From Candidatus Aminicenantales bacterium (GTDB taxonomy: Bacteria; Acidobacteriota; Aminicenantia; Aminicenantales; UBA4085), in contig JBEKTZ010000003.1 in the NCBI GenBank assembly GCA_049515535.1, positions 1 to 64,000 on the forward strand: a stretch of 64,000 bases of DNA, read 5' to 3'. This document shows, piece by piece, positions 28,845 through 39,043 of this stretch. The first letter of the stretch is position 1; every line of letters begins with the position of its first letter. The notes under the pieces are model-generated. The model ran no database searches and was not told the origin of the DNA. It saw only the letters and a program-made list of their open reading frames with translations. The position numbers were made by a program, and so were the translations under genes.

Positions 28845-30245
28845 TCAAATCGAGGCGAGGGCCTGCTCGAGGTCGGCGATGACGTCGGCCGGGTCTTCGG
28901 CCCCGACGCACAAGCGGATGAGCTGCGGCGGGACATCGGCCATGCGCCGCGCCTCTTCGCCCTGCTGCTGGTGCGTCGAGATGGCCGGGATCGTGGCGAC
29001 GCTCTTGATCCGGCCGAGGTCCGTGGCCCGGAAGATCATCTTGAAGCCGTCGAATACCTTGCGCGCGTTCTCCGGCGGTCCGTCCACGCGGAAGCTCATG
29101 AGATGGCCGTAACGGTTGATCTCTTTCCCTGTTCCGTCAGCGGAATCGACGAGGGTCATGTACCGTTTCGCCAGCGGGTGAAGTTTATATGTCGGAAGGC
29201 CGAGGTAATCCACCTGATAGACCTTGGGGTGCTTCTGCAGCCACTCGGCCACGTTCTGGCAATTGGCGCTGACGAGATCCATGCGCGAGCGGAGCGTGCG
29301 CAGATCGTTGAGGGCAAACATGGCGTTGACCGGCGAGGCGGCGGGGCCATTGTCCCGATAGGGCAGGAACTTCACATACTCGGCGAAGCTCGCCTTGAAC
29401 AACGGATGGTCGTTTTTGATCTTCGTGACGATGGGCTTGCGGCAGATGAGCGCGCCTCCGACGGCCATGCCGCCGGCCGTGATCGATTTCGTCAGGGAGT
29501 GGACGACGACGTCGGCGCCGTGGGCGAGCGGCCGCATCAAGGCCGGCGTCGCGCACGTGGCGTCGAAGATGAAGGGGATGCCCCAGGCGTGGGCAAGGTC
29601 GGCCAGCGCTTTCACGTCGGCGAAGGACTGCTGCGGATTACTCGGCGCCTCCATGTAAAGGAACCGAGTGTTTTCGTCGATCTTGGATTTCCAGTCGTTG
29701 ACGTCCTCCGGGTGAAGCACCCAGCGGACCTCGACGCCGCGCTCCTGTCCGCGGCGGATATTGAAGAGCTGGAAGGTCCCGCCGTAGACTTGGATGCAGG
29801 AGACGAAGTTCATCGTCTCTCCCTCTTTTTGTTTGACCAGGAAGGGGTCGATGGCCTGGGCGATGGCGGACATGCCCGAGGCCGTGACGCAGCAGGATGT
29901 GTCGCAGCCGGCGCGGTAGCCTTCGAGAAGGGCCAGCGCCCATTCCAAATAGTAGGTGGTCGGATTGGCGATGCGCGAATAACACCAGGTCGGGATAAGA
30001 TAGGCCAGGGCCGCCTCGAGCTCGTCCGAATCCCGGTACGACTGGGACGCGGACAGGAAAAGCGGCTCGATGACCGCGCCCTGGTTCCGGCGGTAGGCTT
30101 CTTCGAGCGAGTACAGACCGTGGACGGCGATCGTGTCGAATTTCCATGTTTTGACCAGGGCGAGATGGGCCTCGCGCTCCGCGATCAGCTTTTTGGCCTC
30201 GGCCACGTACTTCATGACACCCGGGCTGTATGTTTTGTCTTGCAT
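28845..30245 (-). CDS. Cys/Met-metabolism PLP enzyme (O-acetylhomoserine sulfhydrylase/MetY-like)
   Basis: YSRIANPT, ASGMSAI, YGGT, EAPSNP, HSLTKSI (PLP Lys), IRLCVGAED. Confidence 0.88.
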   Translation of the reverse strand: MQDKTYSPGVMKYVAEAKKLIAEREAHLALVKTWKFDTIAVHGLYSLEEAYRRNQGAVIEPLFLSASQSYRDSDELEAALAYLIPTWCYSRIANPTTYYLEWALALLEGYRAGCDTSCCVTASGMSAIAQAIDPFLVKQKEGETMNFVSCIQVYGGTFQLFNIRRGQERGVEVRWVLHPEDVNDWKSKIDENTRFLYMEAPSNPQQSFADVKALADLAHAWGIPFIFDATCATPALMRPLAHGADVVVHSLTKSITAGGMAVGGALICRKPIVTKIKNDHPLFKASFAEYVKFLPYRDNGPAASPVNAMFALNDLRTLRSRMDLVSANCQNVAEWLQKHPKVYQVDYLGLPTYKLHPLAKRYMTLVDSADGTGKEINRYGHLMSFRVDGPPENARKVFDGFKMIFRATDLGRIKSVATIPAISTHQQQGEEARRMADVPPQLIRLCVGAEDPADVIADLEQALASI

Positions 30246-30400
30246 GGCGCCTCCTGAAAAAAGTCCGGCCGCGTGCCTTTAGAATAATTCCATGATGAGG
30301 ACTAGAGAAGAGAACGCGGAATCAACCCCGCGGTTCGCTCGTTGAGCGCGTTAAAACGCATGATACAGAATCAAAATATCCCGATTCCTTAGCCTTCAGC

Positions 30401-31441
30401 TTATCTCAAATCGCGATGAATGGCAAGGATGTCCTGAAGGATGGAATCGCCGGTTTCGAGCTTGCCCGCCCCGGGCCCCTGGATCGTCACTTTGCCGAGG
30501 AGATCCATGTCGAACGTCAGGGCGTTCTGGGCTCCCATGACGCTGGCCAGCGGATCGGACAAGGGGAGTTTTTGGGGGGCGACGCCGGCCGTGATCCTGG
30601 CGCCTTCCCGTTTCGTCCCGGCGATGAGCTTGTAGCGATAGCCTTCCTTCTTGGCGTCCATGACCATTTGTTTCGTGATCGCGGTGATCCCCTGCGGGGT
30701 GATATCCGAAGGCCGGATGTCGCCGCCGAGAATGACGTTGGAAAGGATGACGACTTTCGCCAGCGCGTCGAAACCGCCGACATCGGCGGTCGGGTCGGCT
30801 TCGGCATAGCCCAGTTTCTGGGCCAGGGTGAGGGCGTCGCCGTAGCTCATGTCGTCCAGTTCCATCTTGCTCAGAATGAAATTCGTCGTGCCGTTGAGGA
30901 TGCCCTTGATCTCCTTGACGGCGTTCCCGGCGAAGCCGCTCTCAAAAAGCGTGAACACGGGTGTGCCGCTCATGACCGTGCCTTCGATCCGGAACTGAAC
31001 CTTCTTTTTCCGGGCGATCTCCCTGAGCTCTTTATAATGGAGCGCGGCCGGGCCTTTGTTCGAGGTTGCGACGTGAATGCCTTTTTGAAGGGCCTTCTTG
31101 ATATAGCTCGTCGCCGGTTCTCCGGTTTGGATGTTCGTATAGGTCAGTTCGGCGATGATATCGGCGCCGCAGACGTCGATGACGTCGAGGGGGTCCATCC
31201 CGACGGATGTCTTCCCCGGCTTGTATTCGGCGAGCGTCTTTCCCGCGCTCAGGAGGGCGAGGACCTTCTTGATGTCGATGCCTCCCGGGACCATCAATGT
31301 TCCCTTGATCTTATCCGTGATGGCGACAACTTTGGCCTCGAAGCCGAAGTCCCTTTTGAGGTCGCCCGCTTTCCTGTCGAGGATTTCCAGGAATCCCTGG
31401 CCGACGGTGCCGCAGCCGATAAGTCCGATCTTGTATTTCAT
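30401..31441 (-). CDS. hom: Homoserine dehydrogenase (no ACT domain)
   Basis: GCGTVG, TSNKGP, GILNGTTNFIL, GYAEADPT, GPGAG. Confidence 0.94.
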   Translation of the reverse strand: MKYKIGLIGCGTVGQGFLEILDRKAGDLKRDFGFEAKVVAITDKIKGTLMVPGGIDIKKVLALLSAGKTLAEYKPGKTSVGMDPLDVIDVCGADIIAELTYTNIQTGEPATSYIKKALQKGIHVATSNKGPAALHYKELREIARKKKVQFRIEGTVMSGTPVFTLFESGFAGNAVKEIKGILNGTTNFILSKMELDDMSYGDALTLAQKLGYAEADPTADVGGFDALAKVVILSNVILGGDIRPSDITPQGITAITKQMVMDAKKEGYRYKLIAGTKREGARITAGVAPQKLPLSDPLASVMGAQNALTFDMDLLGKVTIQGPGAGKLETGDSILQDILAIHRDLR

Positions 31442-31530
31442 AAAACTCCTCCAGATTTGGGCTCACGAAGACGACGAAAACATCCTAGCTTATTCGAGGT
31501 CCGCATGTCAAAAAGAGATCGCTGGCCATG

Positions 31531-31559
31531 TTGACTTCCTTTTTTTTTATGCCTATGAT
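31531..31559 (+). promoter_or_regulatory. sigma70-type promoter of M55 peptidase
   Basis: TTGACT-17bp-TATGAT. Confidence 0.55.
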
Positions 31560-31588
31560 GAATGCGCTTTGAAGTCTCAGGAGGGCCC

Positions 31589-32473
31589 GTGAATAAAAAA
31601 ATGCTTGCGCTCATAGTCATTGTCTTTGCCTTCGCGATTCCCGCCGCGTCCGGCCAATCGCCCGCTAAAAGCCTGAAGGTTTTCATTTCCGTGGACATGG
31701 AGGGCATCTGCGGGGTCATCAACTGGGATGAAACGAGCCAGGGCGGACCGGATTACGGCATGTTCCGGGCGCTGATGACCCAGGAAGCGAACGCCGCGAT
31801 CCAAGGGGCCGTGGCGGCCGGCGCGACCGAGATCCTCGTCCGCGACGGGCACGACTCCGGACGCAACATCCTGCCCGAAATGCTGGATTCCCGGGCCCGG
31901 CTGCTCCGCGACTGGACGTACGGCCCGCTGAGCATGATGGAAGGAATCGACAAGACGTTCGACGCGGTGATCTTCATCGGCTATCACGCGCGTGCCGGCA
32001 CGCCGGACGCGGTCCTCAAACATACGATGACAACCAAGCTGCTGGACGTGACCATCAACGGCCGGAAAATGCCCGAGGCCGGAATCAACGGCCTGATCGC
32101 CGGCTATTTCGGCGTGCCCGTCGTCCTCGTTTCGGGCGACCAGGCGATCGCCCGCCAGGCCAGGGAATTGTTCGGGGATATCGAGACCGTTGTCGTCAAG
32201 GAAGCCATCTCCACGGCGGCCATCATGCTCCATCCGTCCGTGGCCCGGGATTTGATCAAAGAGAAAACCATGGTCGCGCTCAAACGCCTGAAGGATTTCA
32301 AGCCGCTGAAAACCAACCCTCCCTTCGCCCTCGATGTCTCTTTCGCCGATGAGGCCTTGGCCCAAAAAGCTTCCTATATTCCCGGCGCCGTCCGCAAGGA
32401 CGAACACACGGTCTCCTTCACGACGAACAATTTCATGGACATGCTGAAATTGTTCCGGCTGTCGAAAATGTAA
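31589..32473 (+). CDS. M55-family D-aminopeptidase (DppA-like) with signal peptide
   Basis: KVFISVDMEG, RDGH, FIGYHA, HTM, LVSGD; hydrophobic N-terminus from GTG 31589. Confidence 0.9.
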   Translation: MNKKMLALIVIVFAFAIPAASGQSPAKSLKVFISVDMEGICGVINWDETSQGGPDYGMFRALMTQEANAAIQGAVAAGATEILVRDGHDSGRNILPEMLDSRARLLRDWTYGPLSMMEGIDKTFDAVIFIGYHARAGTPDAVLKHTMTTKLLDVTINGRKMPEAGINGLIAGYFGVPVVLVSGDQAIARQARELFGDIETVVVKEAISTAAIMLHPSVARDLIKEKTMVALKRLKDFKPLKTNPPFALDVSFADEALAQKASYIPGAVRKDEHTVSFTTNNFMDMLKLFRLSKM

Positions 32474-32537
32474 TGTCTCGGCGACGATCTGCGTCGATTC
32501 AGGGACCGCTCGCGATTTCCCGACCATAACGGTGACG

Positions 32538-32572
32538 AAAAAAAAGGACGGTTCCCGAAAGAACCGTCCTTT
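32538..32572 (-). terminator. Intrinsic terminator between convergent genes
   Basis: AAAGGACGGTTC-CCGAAA-GAACCGTCCTTT with A-tract. Confidence 0.75.
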
Positions 32573-32608
32573 GGACTTTTCTAAAAATCGGGCTGAGCCC
32601 GCTTGCTC

Positions 32609-33925
32609 TTACTTCGGCTGCTGCGCGGCCTTGATCTGGGATTCGATCCACTCGGTCGTGATGCTCTTGGGTCTTTCGAGCGGGAGGCCGACGGCGCGGC
32701 TCCAGATGAGCTGGGCCAGGATGCCGAGAGCGCGGGAGACGCCGAAGAACACGGTGTAGAAGTCGTACTCGGTCACGTTGTAGTAGTAGAGGAGGACGCC
32801 GGAATGCGCGTCGACGTTCGGCCAGGGATTCTTGGCCTTGCCGTGCTGGAGGAGGATATCGGGAGCGACTTTGTAAATGGAACTGACGATCTTGAACAAG
32901 TCATAATCGGGCAGGTGCTTGAGGGCGAACTCTCTCTGGGCGACGTAGCGGGGGTCGGTCTTGCGGAGGACGGCGTGGCCGTAGCCGGGAATGACCTTGC
33001 CGCTGTTCAGCGTGTCCCACAAATACTTTTTGAGTTGCTCTTCGGTCGGAACGCCGCCGAGGTCCTTCATGACGTCCATGATCCAGCGCAGGACTTCCTG
33101 GTTGGCCAGTCCATGGAGCGGGCCGGCGAGGCCGTCCATGGCCGCGGAGAGGGAGTAATAGCCGTCGGACAGCGCGGAGCCGACGAGGTGGCAGGTGTGG
33201 GCGGATACGTTGCCGCCTTCGTGGTCGCTATGGATGCAGAGATAGAGCCGCATCAGGTCATAGAACTCGGGCTTGTCGATGCCGATCATGTGGGCCAGGT
33301 TGGCCGCCCAGTCGAGCTTCGGGTCGGGGGCGATGTACTTGCCTCCCTTGTAGCTTCTCCGATAAATGCGGGCCGCGATCTCGGGCAGCTTGGCGATGAC
33401 GTCCATGACGTCTTCGAACATGGCGTCCCAATACTGTGATTTGGGCATACCTTCCCGATATCGCTGGGCGAACTTCGAGTCTTTCTGGAGGGCCAGGATG
33501 GCCAGGGAGAACTGGGTCATCGGGTGCATGTCGATGGGCGTGGACTCCATGATCTTGAGAAGGTAATCGGGGAGCTGGCTTCTCTTCCGCCATTCCTCGG
33601 TGATCGCCTTGGCGTCATCGAGCGTCGGGACGTCGCCCGTCAGAAGCAGGGAGAAAAGACCCTCGGGAAGGGGCTCTTCGGTGCCCGGCAGCCTGGGCAG
33701 TTTCTGCTGAAGCTCGGGGATGGTGAAGCCGCGGAACCGGATGCCCTCATTGGGGTCCAGCGCGGAGGTCTCCCAGACCATGCACTTGATGCTGCGCATG
33801 CCGCCGTAGGCCTGGGAGATCGTGACGTCGCCGATCTTCATTTCTCCGTTTTCCTTCGTGATCTTCTTGATTTTCTCGCCGAAGGGAACCATTTTTTGAA
33901 CGAATTTCTCTTTTAATGTCGCCAT
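32609..33925 (-). CDS. gltA: Citrate (Si)-synthase, eukaryote-type
   Basis: [63 protein letters not shown] before ATG 33925. Confidence 0.95.
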   Translation of the reverse strand: MATLKEKFVQKMVPFGEKIKKITKENGEMKIGDVTISQAYGGMRSIKCMVWETSALDPNEGIRFRGFTIPELQQKLPRLPGTEEPLPEGLFSLLLTGDVPTLDDAKAITEEWRKRSQLPDYLLKIMESTPIDMHPMTQFSLAILALQKDSKFAQRYREGMPKSQYWDAMFEDVMDVIAKLPEIAARIYRRSYKGGKYIAPDPKLDWAANLAHMIGIDKPEFYDLMRLYLCIHSDHEGGNVSAHTCHLVGSALSDGYYSLSAAMDGLAGPLHGLANQEVLRWIMDVMKDLGGVPTEEQLKKYLWDTLNSGKVIPGYGHAVLRKTDPRYVAQREFALKHLPDYDLFKIVSSIYKVAPDILLQHGKAKNPWPNVDAHSGVLLYYYNVTEYDFYTVFFGVSRALGILAQLIWSRAVGLPLERPKSITTEWIESQIKAAQQPK

Positions 33926-34164
33926 TAAGAAAACCTCCTTCATTAATGGGCTTTAAGATTAAGATATAAGTGTCCTTGCCACGGACTTATGAACCGGCCA
34001 ATATAGCATGCTCCCTCCGGCCTGTCAATGAAGAAATCGCTGAACAGGGACGCTCCGGGAAGGCCCTCTCTTGCTTTTTCGAAGCGCCGCCGCTATCCTT
34101 ATGACGTTACGCCCGACATCGGGATCGCGGGTACGTATCCATCGATCTTCCGAAGGAGTGAAAT

Positions 34165-34716
34165 ATGCCATACATCATTTTTCTCGTCATCGTCGGCGGC
34201 CTGTTCCTCATCGTCGTCGCCATGTACAACGGTCTGGTTCAAATGAGAAACCGGTGCGACAATTCCTGGGCGCAGGTCGACGTTCAGCTCAAACGCCGCT
34301 ACGACCTCATCCCCAACCTGGTGGAGACGGTCAAAGGATACGCCAAGCACGAACGCGAAGTTTTTCAGAACGTCACCGAGGCCCGGGCCAAAGCCATCGG
34401 CGCCGGAACGGTCAAGGATCAGGGCGCGGCGGAAAACGCGCTCACGGGCGCCTTGAAATCGCTGTTCGCCGTGGCGGAAAGCTATCCGGAACTGAAGGCC
34501 AACCAGAATTTCCTGATGCTCCAGGAAGAACTGGCCGGCACCGAAGGCAAGATTGCCTATGCCCGGCAGTTCTACAACGACCAGGTCATGAAGTTCAACC
34601 AGAAACAGCAGATCTTCCCCTCCAACCTCATCGCCAAGGCCTTCGGCTTCAAGGAGAGGGAATACTTCACGCTCGAGGAACCGGCCGCGAAAGAACCGGT
34701 CAAAGTCTCGTTTTAA
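34165..34716 (+). CDS. lemA: LemA family protein
   Basis: N-terminal [35 protein letters not shown]. Confidence 0.96.
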   Translation: MPYIIFLVIVGGLFLIVVAMYNGLVQMRNRCDNSWAQVDVQLKRRYDLIPNLVETVKGYAKHEREVFQNVTEARAKAIGAGTVKDQGAAENALTGALKSLFAVAESYPELKANQNFLMLQEELAGTEGKIAYARQFYNDQVMKFNQKQQIFPSNLIAKAFGFKEREYFTLEEPAAKEPVKVSF

Positions 34717-34759
34717 AATATCGGGTTCGGAGATTTCGCCCGCTATTTGAAGATTTGAC

Positions 34760-35644
34760 ATGTACGAACAAATAGCCGCCAACAAGCGGAAGTCGTTTCT
34801 GCTCTTTACGTTCTTCGCGGCCTTCATTTTTCTCCTGGCCGGAGTCTTCGGACAGCTCATGGGTATGGGCGGGGCAGGGCTGGCCCTGGCCGTCGTCATA
34901 TCCCTCGGGATCGCGTTGATCAGCTATTACTCGAGCGACAGGGTCGTCCTGGCCATCAGCCGCGCCCGTCCCGTCACGAAAGAGGAATTCCCGCATCTCT
35001 ATGATGTCGTCGAGGGCCTGTCCATTGCCGCCGGCGTTCCCGCGCCGCGCTGTTATGTGATAGACGACACCGCGCCGAACGCGTTCGCCACGGGGCGCAA
35101 GCCGGAGAATTCGTCTATCTGCGTCACGACCGGCCTCCTCGAAAAAATGAACCGGGTCGAGCTCGAAGGCGTCATCTCCCACGAGATGTCGCACATCAAG
35201 AATTATGACATGCGCCTCATGACGCTCGCCGTCGTCATGGTCGGGATCGTCGCGCTTCTCAGCGACTGGATCATGCGGAGCTTCTGGTGGGGAGGGCGGC
35301 GGGGCGGCCGGGACAAGAGCGGCGCCGGCGCGATCTTCCTCGTCGTCGGGCTCGTCCTGGCCTTGCTCTCGCCGATCATCGCCCAGTTGATCCAGCTGGC
35401 CATTTCGCGGAAGCGCGAATTCCTGGCCGACGCGAGCGGGGCGATGCTGACGCGCTATCCGGCGGGCCTCGCTTCGGCCCTTCGAAAGCTCGAGTCCGAT
35501 CCCGAGCCGCTGGAGGCAGCGAACAAGGCCACGGCCCATTTATTTATCGTCAACCCGCTGAAGAACTTCAAGGGCGCCGTCAATAAATTGTTCAACACCC
35601 ATCCGCCGATCGAGGAGCGCATCGCCGCCCTGGAAAAGATGTAA
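34760..35644 (+). CDS. htpX: M48 zinc metalloprotease HtpX
   Basis: PNAFATG, HEMSH, ISRKREFLAD, THPPIEERI; follows lemA. Confidence 0.95.
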   Translation: MYEQIAANKRKSFLLFTFFAAFIFLLAGVFGQLMGMGGAGLALAVVISLGIALISYYSSDRVVLAISRARPVTKEEFPHLYDVVEGLSIAAGVPAPRCYVIDDTAPNAFATGRKPENSSICVTTGLLEKMNRVELEGVISHEMSHIKNYDMRLMTLAVVMVGIVALLSDWIMRSFWWGGRRGGRDKSGAGAIFLVVGLVLALLSPIIAQLIQLAISRKREFLADASGAMLTRYPAGLASALRKLESDPEPLEAANKATAHLFIVNPLKNFKGAVNKLFNTHPPIEERIAALEKM

Positions 35645-35681
35645 GAAGCGCAGAACGGATGGTGCGTCCGGATTTTGCGTC

Positions 35682-35710
35682 TTGAAAAGCCGAATCATTC
35701 TGGCTATAAT
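35682..35710 (+). promoter_or_regulatory. sigma70-type promoter of tRNA-Asp
   Basis: TTGAAA-17bp-TATAAT. Confidence 0.65.
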
Positions 35711-35724
35711 CTAGTCCCCTGAGC

Positions 35725-35801
35725 GGGGCCGTAGTTCAGTTGGTTAGAACGCTGGCCTGTCACGTCAGAGGTCGCGAGTTCAAGTCTCGTCGGCCCCGCC
35801 A
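35725..35801 (+). tRNA. tRNA-Asp(GTC)
   Basis: Acceptor GGGGCCG/CGGCCCC, anticodon loop CTGTCAC, T-loop TTCAAGT, encoded CCA. Confidence 0.96.
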
Positions 35802-36017
35802 TTCTTTCTTTTTGGCTTCTTGGCTCGCTAATTCTCTTCCCTTTTCTTCAGCAGTTGCCTCTGCCATTCCTTGAATAAATCCTATTTCCCAAAGGGATTT
35901 AAAAGGCTTATTCCATTCGAAATAAAAGGGGGCAACCGTGAGAAATCGGTCTTCATCATCTATCGTGGCGCAATAATTTTTCAAGGTAATTCTAACGGTT
36001 CTAAACATTAGATGATT

Positions 36018-36188
36018 GATGCCACAGTCGAGATACTTCTCCACGACGGCCTTGACGATCGACCGGAAATAGCCGTAGGCCTTCTCGAAACGCTCCTCAT
36101 ACTCCGCGACGAAACGCTCGAAATGATGGAAAAGCACCCGGTAGAGGACGGTCCGCGCCGGATGTCGGGGACGATAGACTCCCGCCAT
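36018..36188 (-). pseudogene. IS91-family transposase zinc-binding N-terminal fragment
   Basis: [34 protein letters not shown]...VVEKYLDCG, then similarity breaks off. Confidence 0.75.
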
Positions 36189-36731
36189 AGCGGGAGAAAA
36201 GCTCCAAGAAACGAGCCAATGTCACGGAGATGATCGCGTCTCCCCTGACAAGACATGAGGAGTTCCGGCTCGGATGGGTGAATCAGGTCGTGAAAAACGT
36301 CAACCGGAGTTGACGCTCGTCGGAGGCGATGGGAAACGAACGAGTACGGACACAGCCCGGCTTTATCTGGAAGTAGCTCATTTTAAGAAGGCTTATGCGA
36401 CGCAAACACAGAGGACGGGGGTCCAGTTCAAGCGCCTGGGCACCCCCACCCCCCTATGGGAAACATGCCCCCGGGCTGACTCTGCTCTTGCACATATTTC
36501 GAGGATATACGCGAGAAAGTTTTTCCATATTTTGTAAAAAGGGTCGCTACTGAAGCGTAGGATACCGGCTTTTCCGGATTGAGGGGCACTGTGGTGCCAT
36601 TGAAATCGGGCAAGTGGGTGGGTGAATGGTTGGGTAGGGGGGTAAAGGGATATCCTGAAAACGCTCTCTGCGTGGGGAGGCAAAGGGCAAAGGTGGGATT
36701 TGGGATGGGCTAAAGTGTAGGTATGGGCATT

Positions 36732-36788
36732 CTGGAGTTCATTGCCCGGGTGACCTCGCACATTTCCGACAAGGGCTAAGTGGCGGTT
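36732..36788 (+). pseudogene. IS91-family (Y2) transposase internal fragment
   Basis: Hand translation LEFIARVTSHISDKG*VAV, resembling the LEF.AR...HIPDKGQ segment before the YYG motif, with an in-frame stop. Confidence 0.55.
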
Positions 36789-37001
36789 GTTGACATCGCC
36801 GCGCGGAAGGCGATATATTGCCTTCGTGGTCGGAAGGAGGGAATCAACCGTCGGGAGCGGCTATTATCAACGCTGCGTTAAAAGGAGATGCCTGTCCCTC
36901 AAAAAAGGGGGGATGTATCTCAATGTCGCGGCCGCCCCGAGAACGTTTTTTTTTGAGCTGCCTGTTGGTCTCGATTATTGATAAATGGGGAACCGCGAGT
37001 C

Positions 37002-38423
37002 ATGACGCCATTCTTTAAAAACGATAAGGTCGTTGTCATCGCCCTCTTCGGCGCGCTCGGATTGACGGTCTTTTTCGGGGTTTTGGGCAGACATTTTCAG
37101 ATGGATGACGCTTTGATATATTTCCGATATCTGGAAAATCTGACGCAAGGGAACGGGCTTGTTTACAATATCGGAGAACGAGTCAGCGCGCTCACGTCTC
37201 CTTTCTATACGTATCTCTCGATCCCCGGCGTCTTGATCTCTCGGGACATCCAATCCAGTCAAATGATCTTAGGCGCCGCTTTTCTGTTTTTTACGGCGGT
37301 GATGTTCGTCGTCACGTTCAAAAACGTCCTAGATAAGCAGGTGCTCTTGTTCGCGCCGCCGTTAATTTGCAGCAATTATTATTTTTTTGTGACGTTTGGA
37401 CTCGAAACGACGCTTTTTCTCTTCCTCATTCTTGCCACGTTCTATTTTTTCAAAAAACGTCAAAATTTTGCTTTGGCGATCTCTGCGTCGCTTCTTTTCC
37501 TGACGCGGGGGGAATCACTCTTTTTGATCTTGATCCTCATCGGCTTTCACTTTCTCGAAAGGAGGAAATTTCCCTCCTGGCCCGTCTTTATCCCTCCTGT
37601 TCTCATATTCCTCGTCCATTATGGATTTAATTATTTTTATTACGGCCAGATGTTGCCGGAAACGCTAACCGCGAAAATAGGTCAAGGCCGGTCGGGAATG
37701 TGGGGCTCTTCGCCTGTTTTCCTGCATAATATAAAGCCATTTCTGAGCCAATTCTTTGATTGGAATTGGCTCTTGATGGGGACTTTGGCGATTTTGGCCT
37801 CGATCGGCGTTTATCTCAATTTGAAAAAAAAGCACAGCCTCATCTTCATCCTGTTTTTCGTGGCCTATAATGCGTTCTATATTTTCTTCGACATTCCCTA
37901 TTATTATTGGTATCAAAGCTATAATGTTCTTTTTCTCTATATATGTGTGATGTGGGGATTGAACGGCGTTTCTGCTTTCTTGTCGAAACAGCCATTTTCC
38001 AAAACGATTCAGACGGCGATCATCGGAGTTCTCTTTTTGATGTTGTTCATTCCTCAGGTTTCTATATCATCCACAAAATTGAAAAATGTCGATGGGCGGA
38101 GGGAGTATCAAAGTGTCGGCCTCTGGCTCAGGCAAAACACGCCTCCGGACGCGACGGTGGCCTGTGTCGAAATCGGGACCATCGGCTGGTATTCCAAGAG
38201 AACCATCATCGATATTTTGGGACTCGTGACCCGAGATAATGCCAAGTACATCACCGGCAAGAAGTTCGACGAGTGGCTGAAGCATCATACGCCGGATTAT
38301 ATCGTTGTTCACGTTCCCTTGCTGCCGCTTGAACAGAGCGTCCAAAAATTGATCGATGAAAAAAAATATATTCCAGAAACTGGATTTCGCCACGAGGGAA
38401 TTTTGTTGTTGAAAAAGGCCTGA
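37002..38423 (+). CDS. Multi-TM GT-C-like glycosyltransferase (AftB-like)
   Basis: DDALIYFRY..NL..GNGLVYN.GERV...TSP, GLET, TRGE, C-terminal IGTIGW..IDILGLV; ~11 TM helices. Confidence 0.75.
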   Translation: MTPFFKNDKVVVIALFGALGLTVFFGVLGRHFQMDDALIYFRYLENLTQGNGLVYNIGERVSALTSPFYTYLSIPGVLISRDIQSSQMILGAAFLFFTAVMFVVTFKNVLDKQVLLFAPPLICSNYYFFVTFGLETTLFLFLILATFYFFKKRQNFALAISASLLFLTRGESLFLILILIGFHFLERRKFPSWPVFIPPVLIFLVHYGFNYFYYGQMLPETLTAKIGQGRSGMWGSSPVFLHNIKPFLSQFFDWNWLLMGTLAILASIGVYLNLKKKHSLIFILFFVAYNAFYIFFDIPYYYWYQSYNVLFLYICVMWGLNGVSAFLSKQPFSKTIQTAIIGVLFLMLFIPQVSISSTKLKNVDGRREYQSVGLWLRQNTPPDATVACVEIGTIGWYSKRTIIDILGLVTRDNAKYITGKKFDEWLKHHTPDYIVVHVPLLPLEQSVQKLIDEKKYIPETGFRHEGILLLKKA

Positions 38424-38722
38424 GCCTTTTAGTCGCCGACCCTGTCCGAATCATGAAAAGCAACGTGCACGGCATGAGATTTCTCTCGATCCTTGTCGAT
38501 CAGCAAAACGGCCCACTTATATCGGATCGCGTGGAGTCGAGTTAGCAGGCTATAAGACAGTTTCTAACCTGCCTCAGCCAGCTACTCCATCTCGTTTTCC
38601 TCATAAGCGCCTGATAATTCAGGTCGTTAGGCAAATCATAAGGGAGCTTAAGTTTCCGCCGATTTCCGTCTATTCCCGCGCAATCCCGCCTTTAATCCAT
38701 CATAATAATCGACCGTCCATTT

Positions 38723-38818
38723 TTGGGTGGTCATCTGGATTGTGGCATGCCCGAGGATTTCTTTGACTGTGACGAGATCTATGCCACTTATGACCATGTA
38801 GGTGGCTGCGGTGTGTCG
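38723..38818 (-). pseudogene. Tyrosine recombinase/integrase C-terminal (box II) fragment
   Basis: Hand translation RHTAATYMVISGIDLVTVKEILGHATIQMTTQ; catalytic Tyr absent; not in the ORF track. Confidence 0.75.
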
Positions 38819-38869
38819 GACGTCTTGAAGAAGTATCTCGACTGCGGCAATCCCTGCTGCGGCTCCGCC
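38819..38869 (+). pseudogene. Second IS91 zinc-binding-domain fragment
   Basis: DVLKKYLDCGNPCCGSA; AAGTATCTCGACTG is also present inverted at ~36024-36037. Confidence 0.5.
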
Positions 38870-39043
38870 CCCAGAAGAAGGATCATGTTAGGTTTGCTTC
38901 TTTCGTTCATATTTCCCCCGAGGTTGATAAACTAGAGTCCTCTTTAGATATGAGTGTTTTTAGTTGTTGGATAAGGGATATGGCGAAAGGTTTGGTCAGC
39001 GCAGTTCTAAAATAACTATAAAGGCCCCGCCACTCCTTTCCCG

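Larger units (their letters stand above)
35792..39032. mobile_element. Decayed genomic island at tRNA-Asp 3' end
   Basis: tRNA 3' end GGCCCCGCCA repeated at 39023-39032; AT-richer interior with transposase and integrase fragments. Confidence 0.6.

Noticed and set aside
28637..28936. 100-residue N-terminal extension of MurA
   Set aside because: Overlaps the metY-like gene and the hairpin cluster; MurA similarity begins at GTG 28636.
30246..30400. SAM riboswitch or T-box ahead of the metY-like gene
   Set aside because: No S-box core or T-box motif recognisable by eye on the minus strand.
35760..36188. Single intact 142 aa gene
   Set aside because: Chimeric frame: IS91 N-terminal fragment fused to unrelated AT-rich sequence and running antisense into tRNA-Asp.
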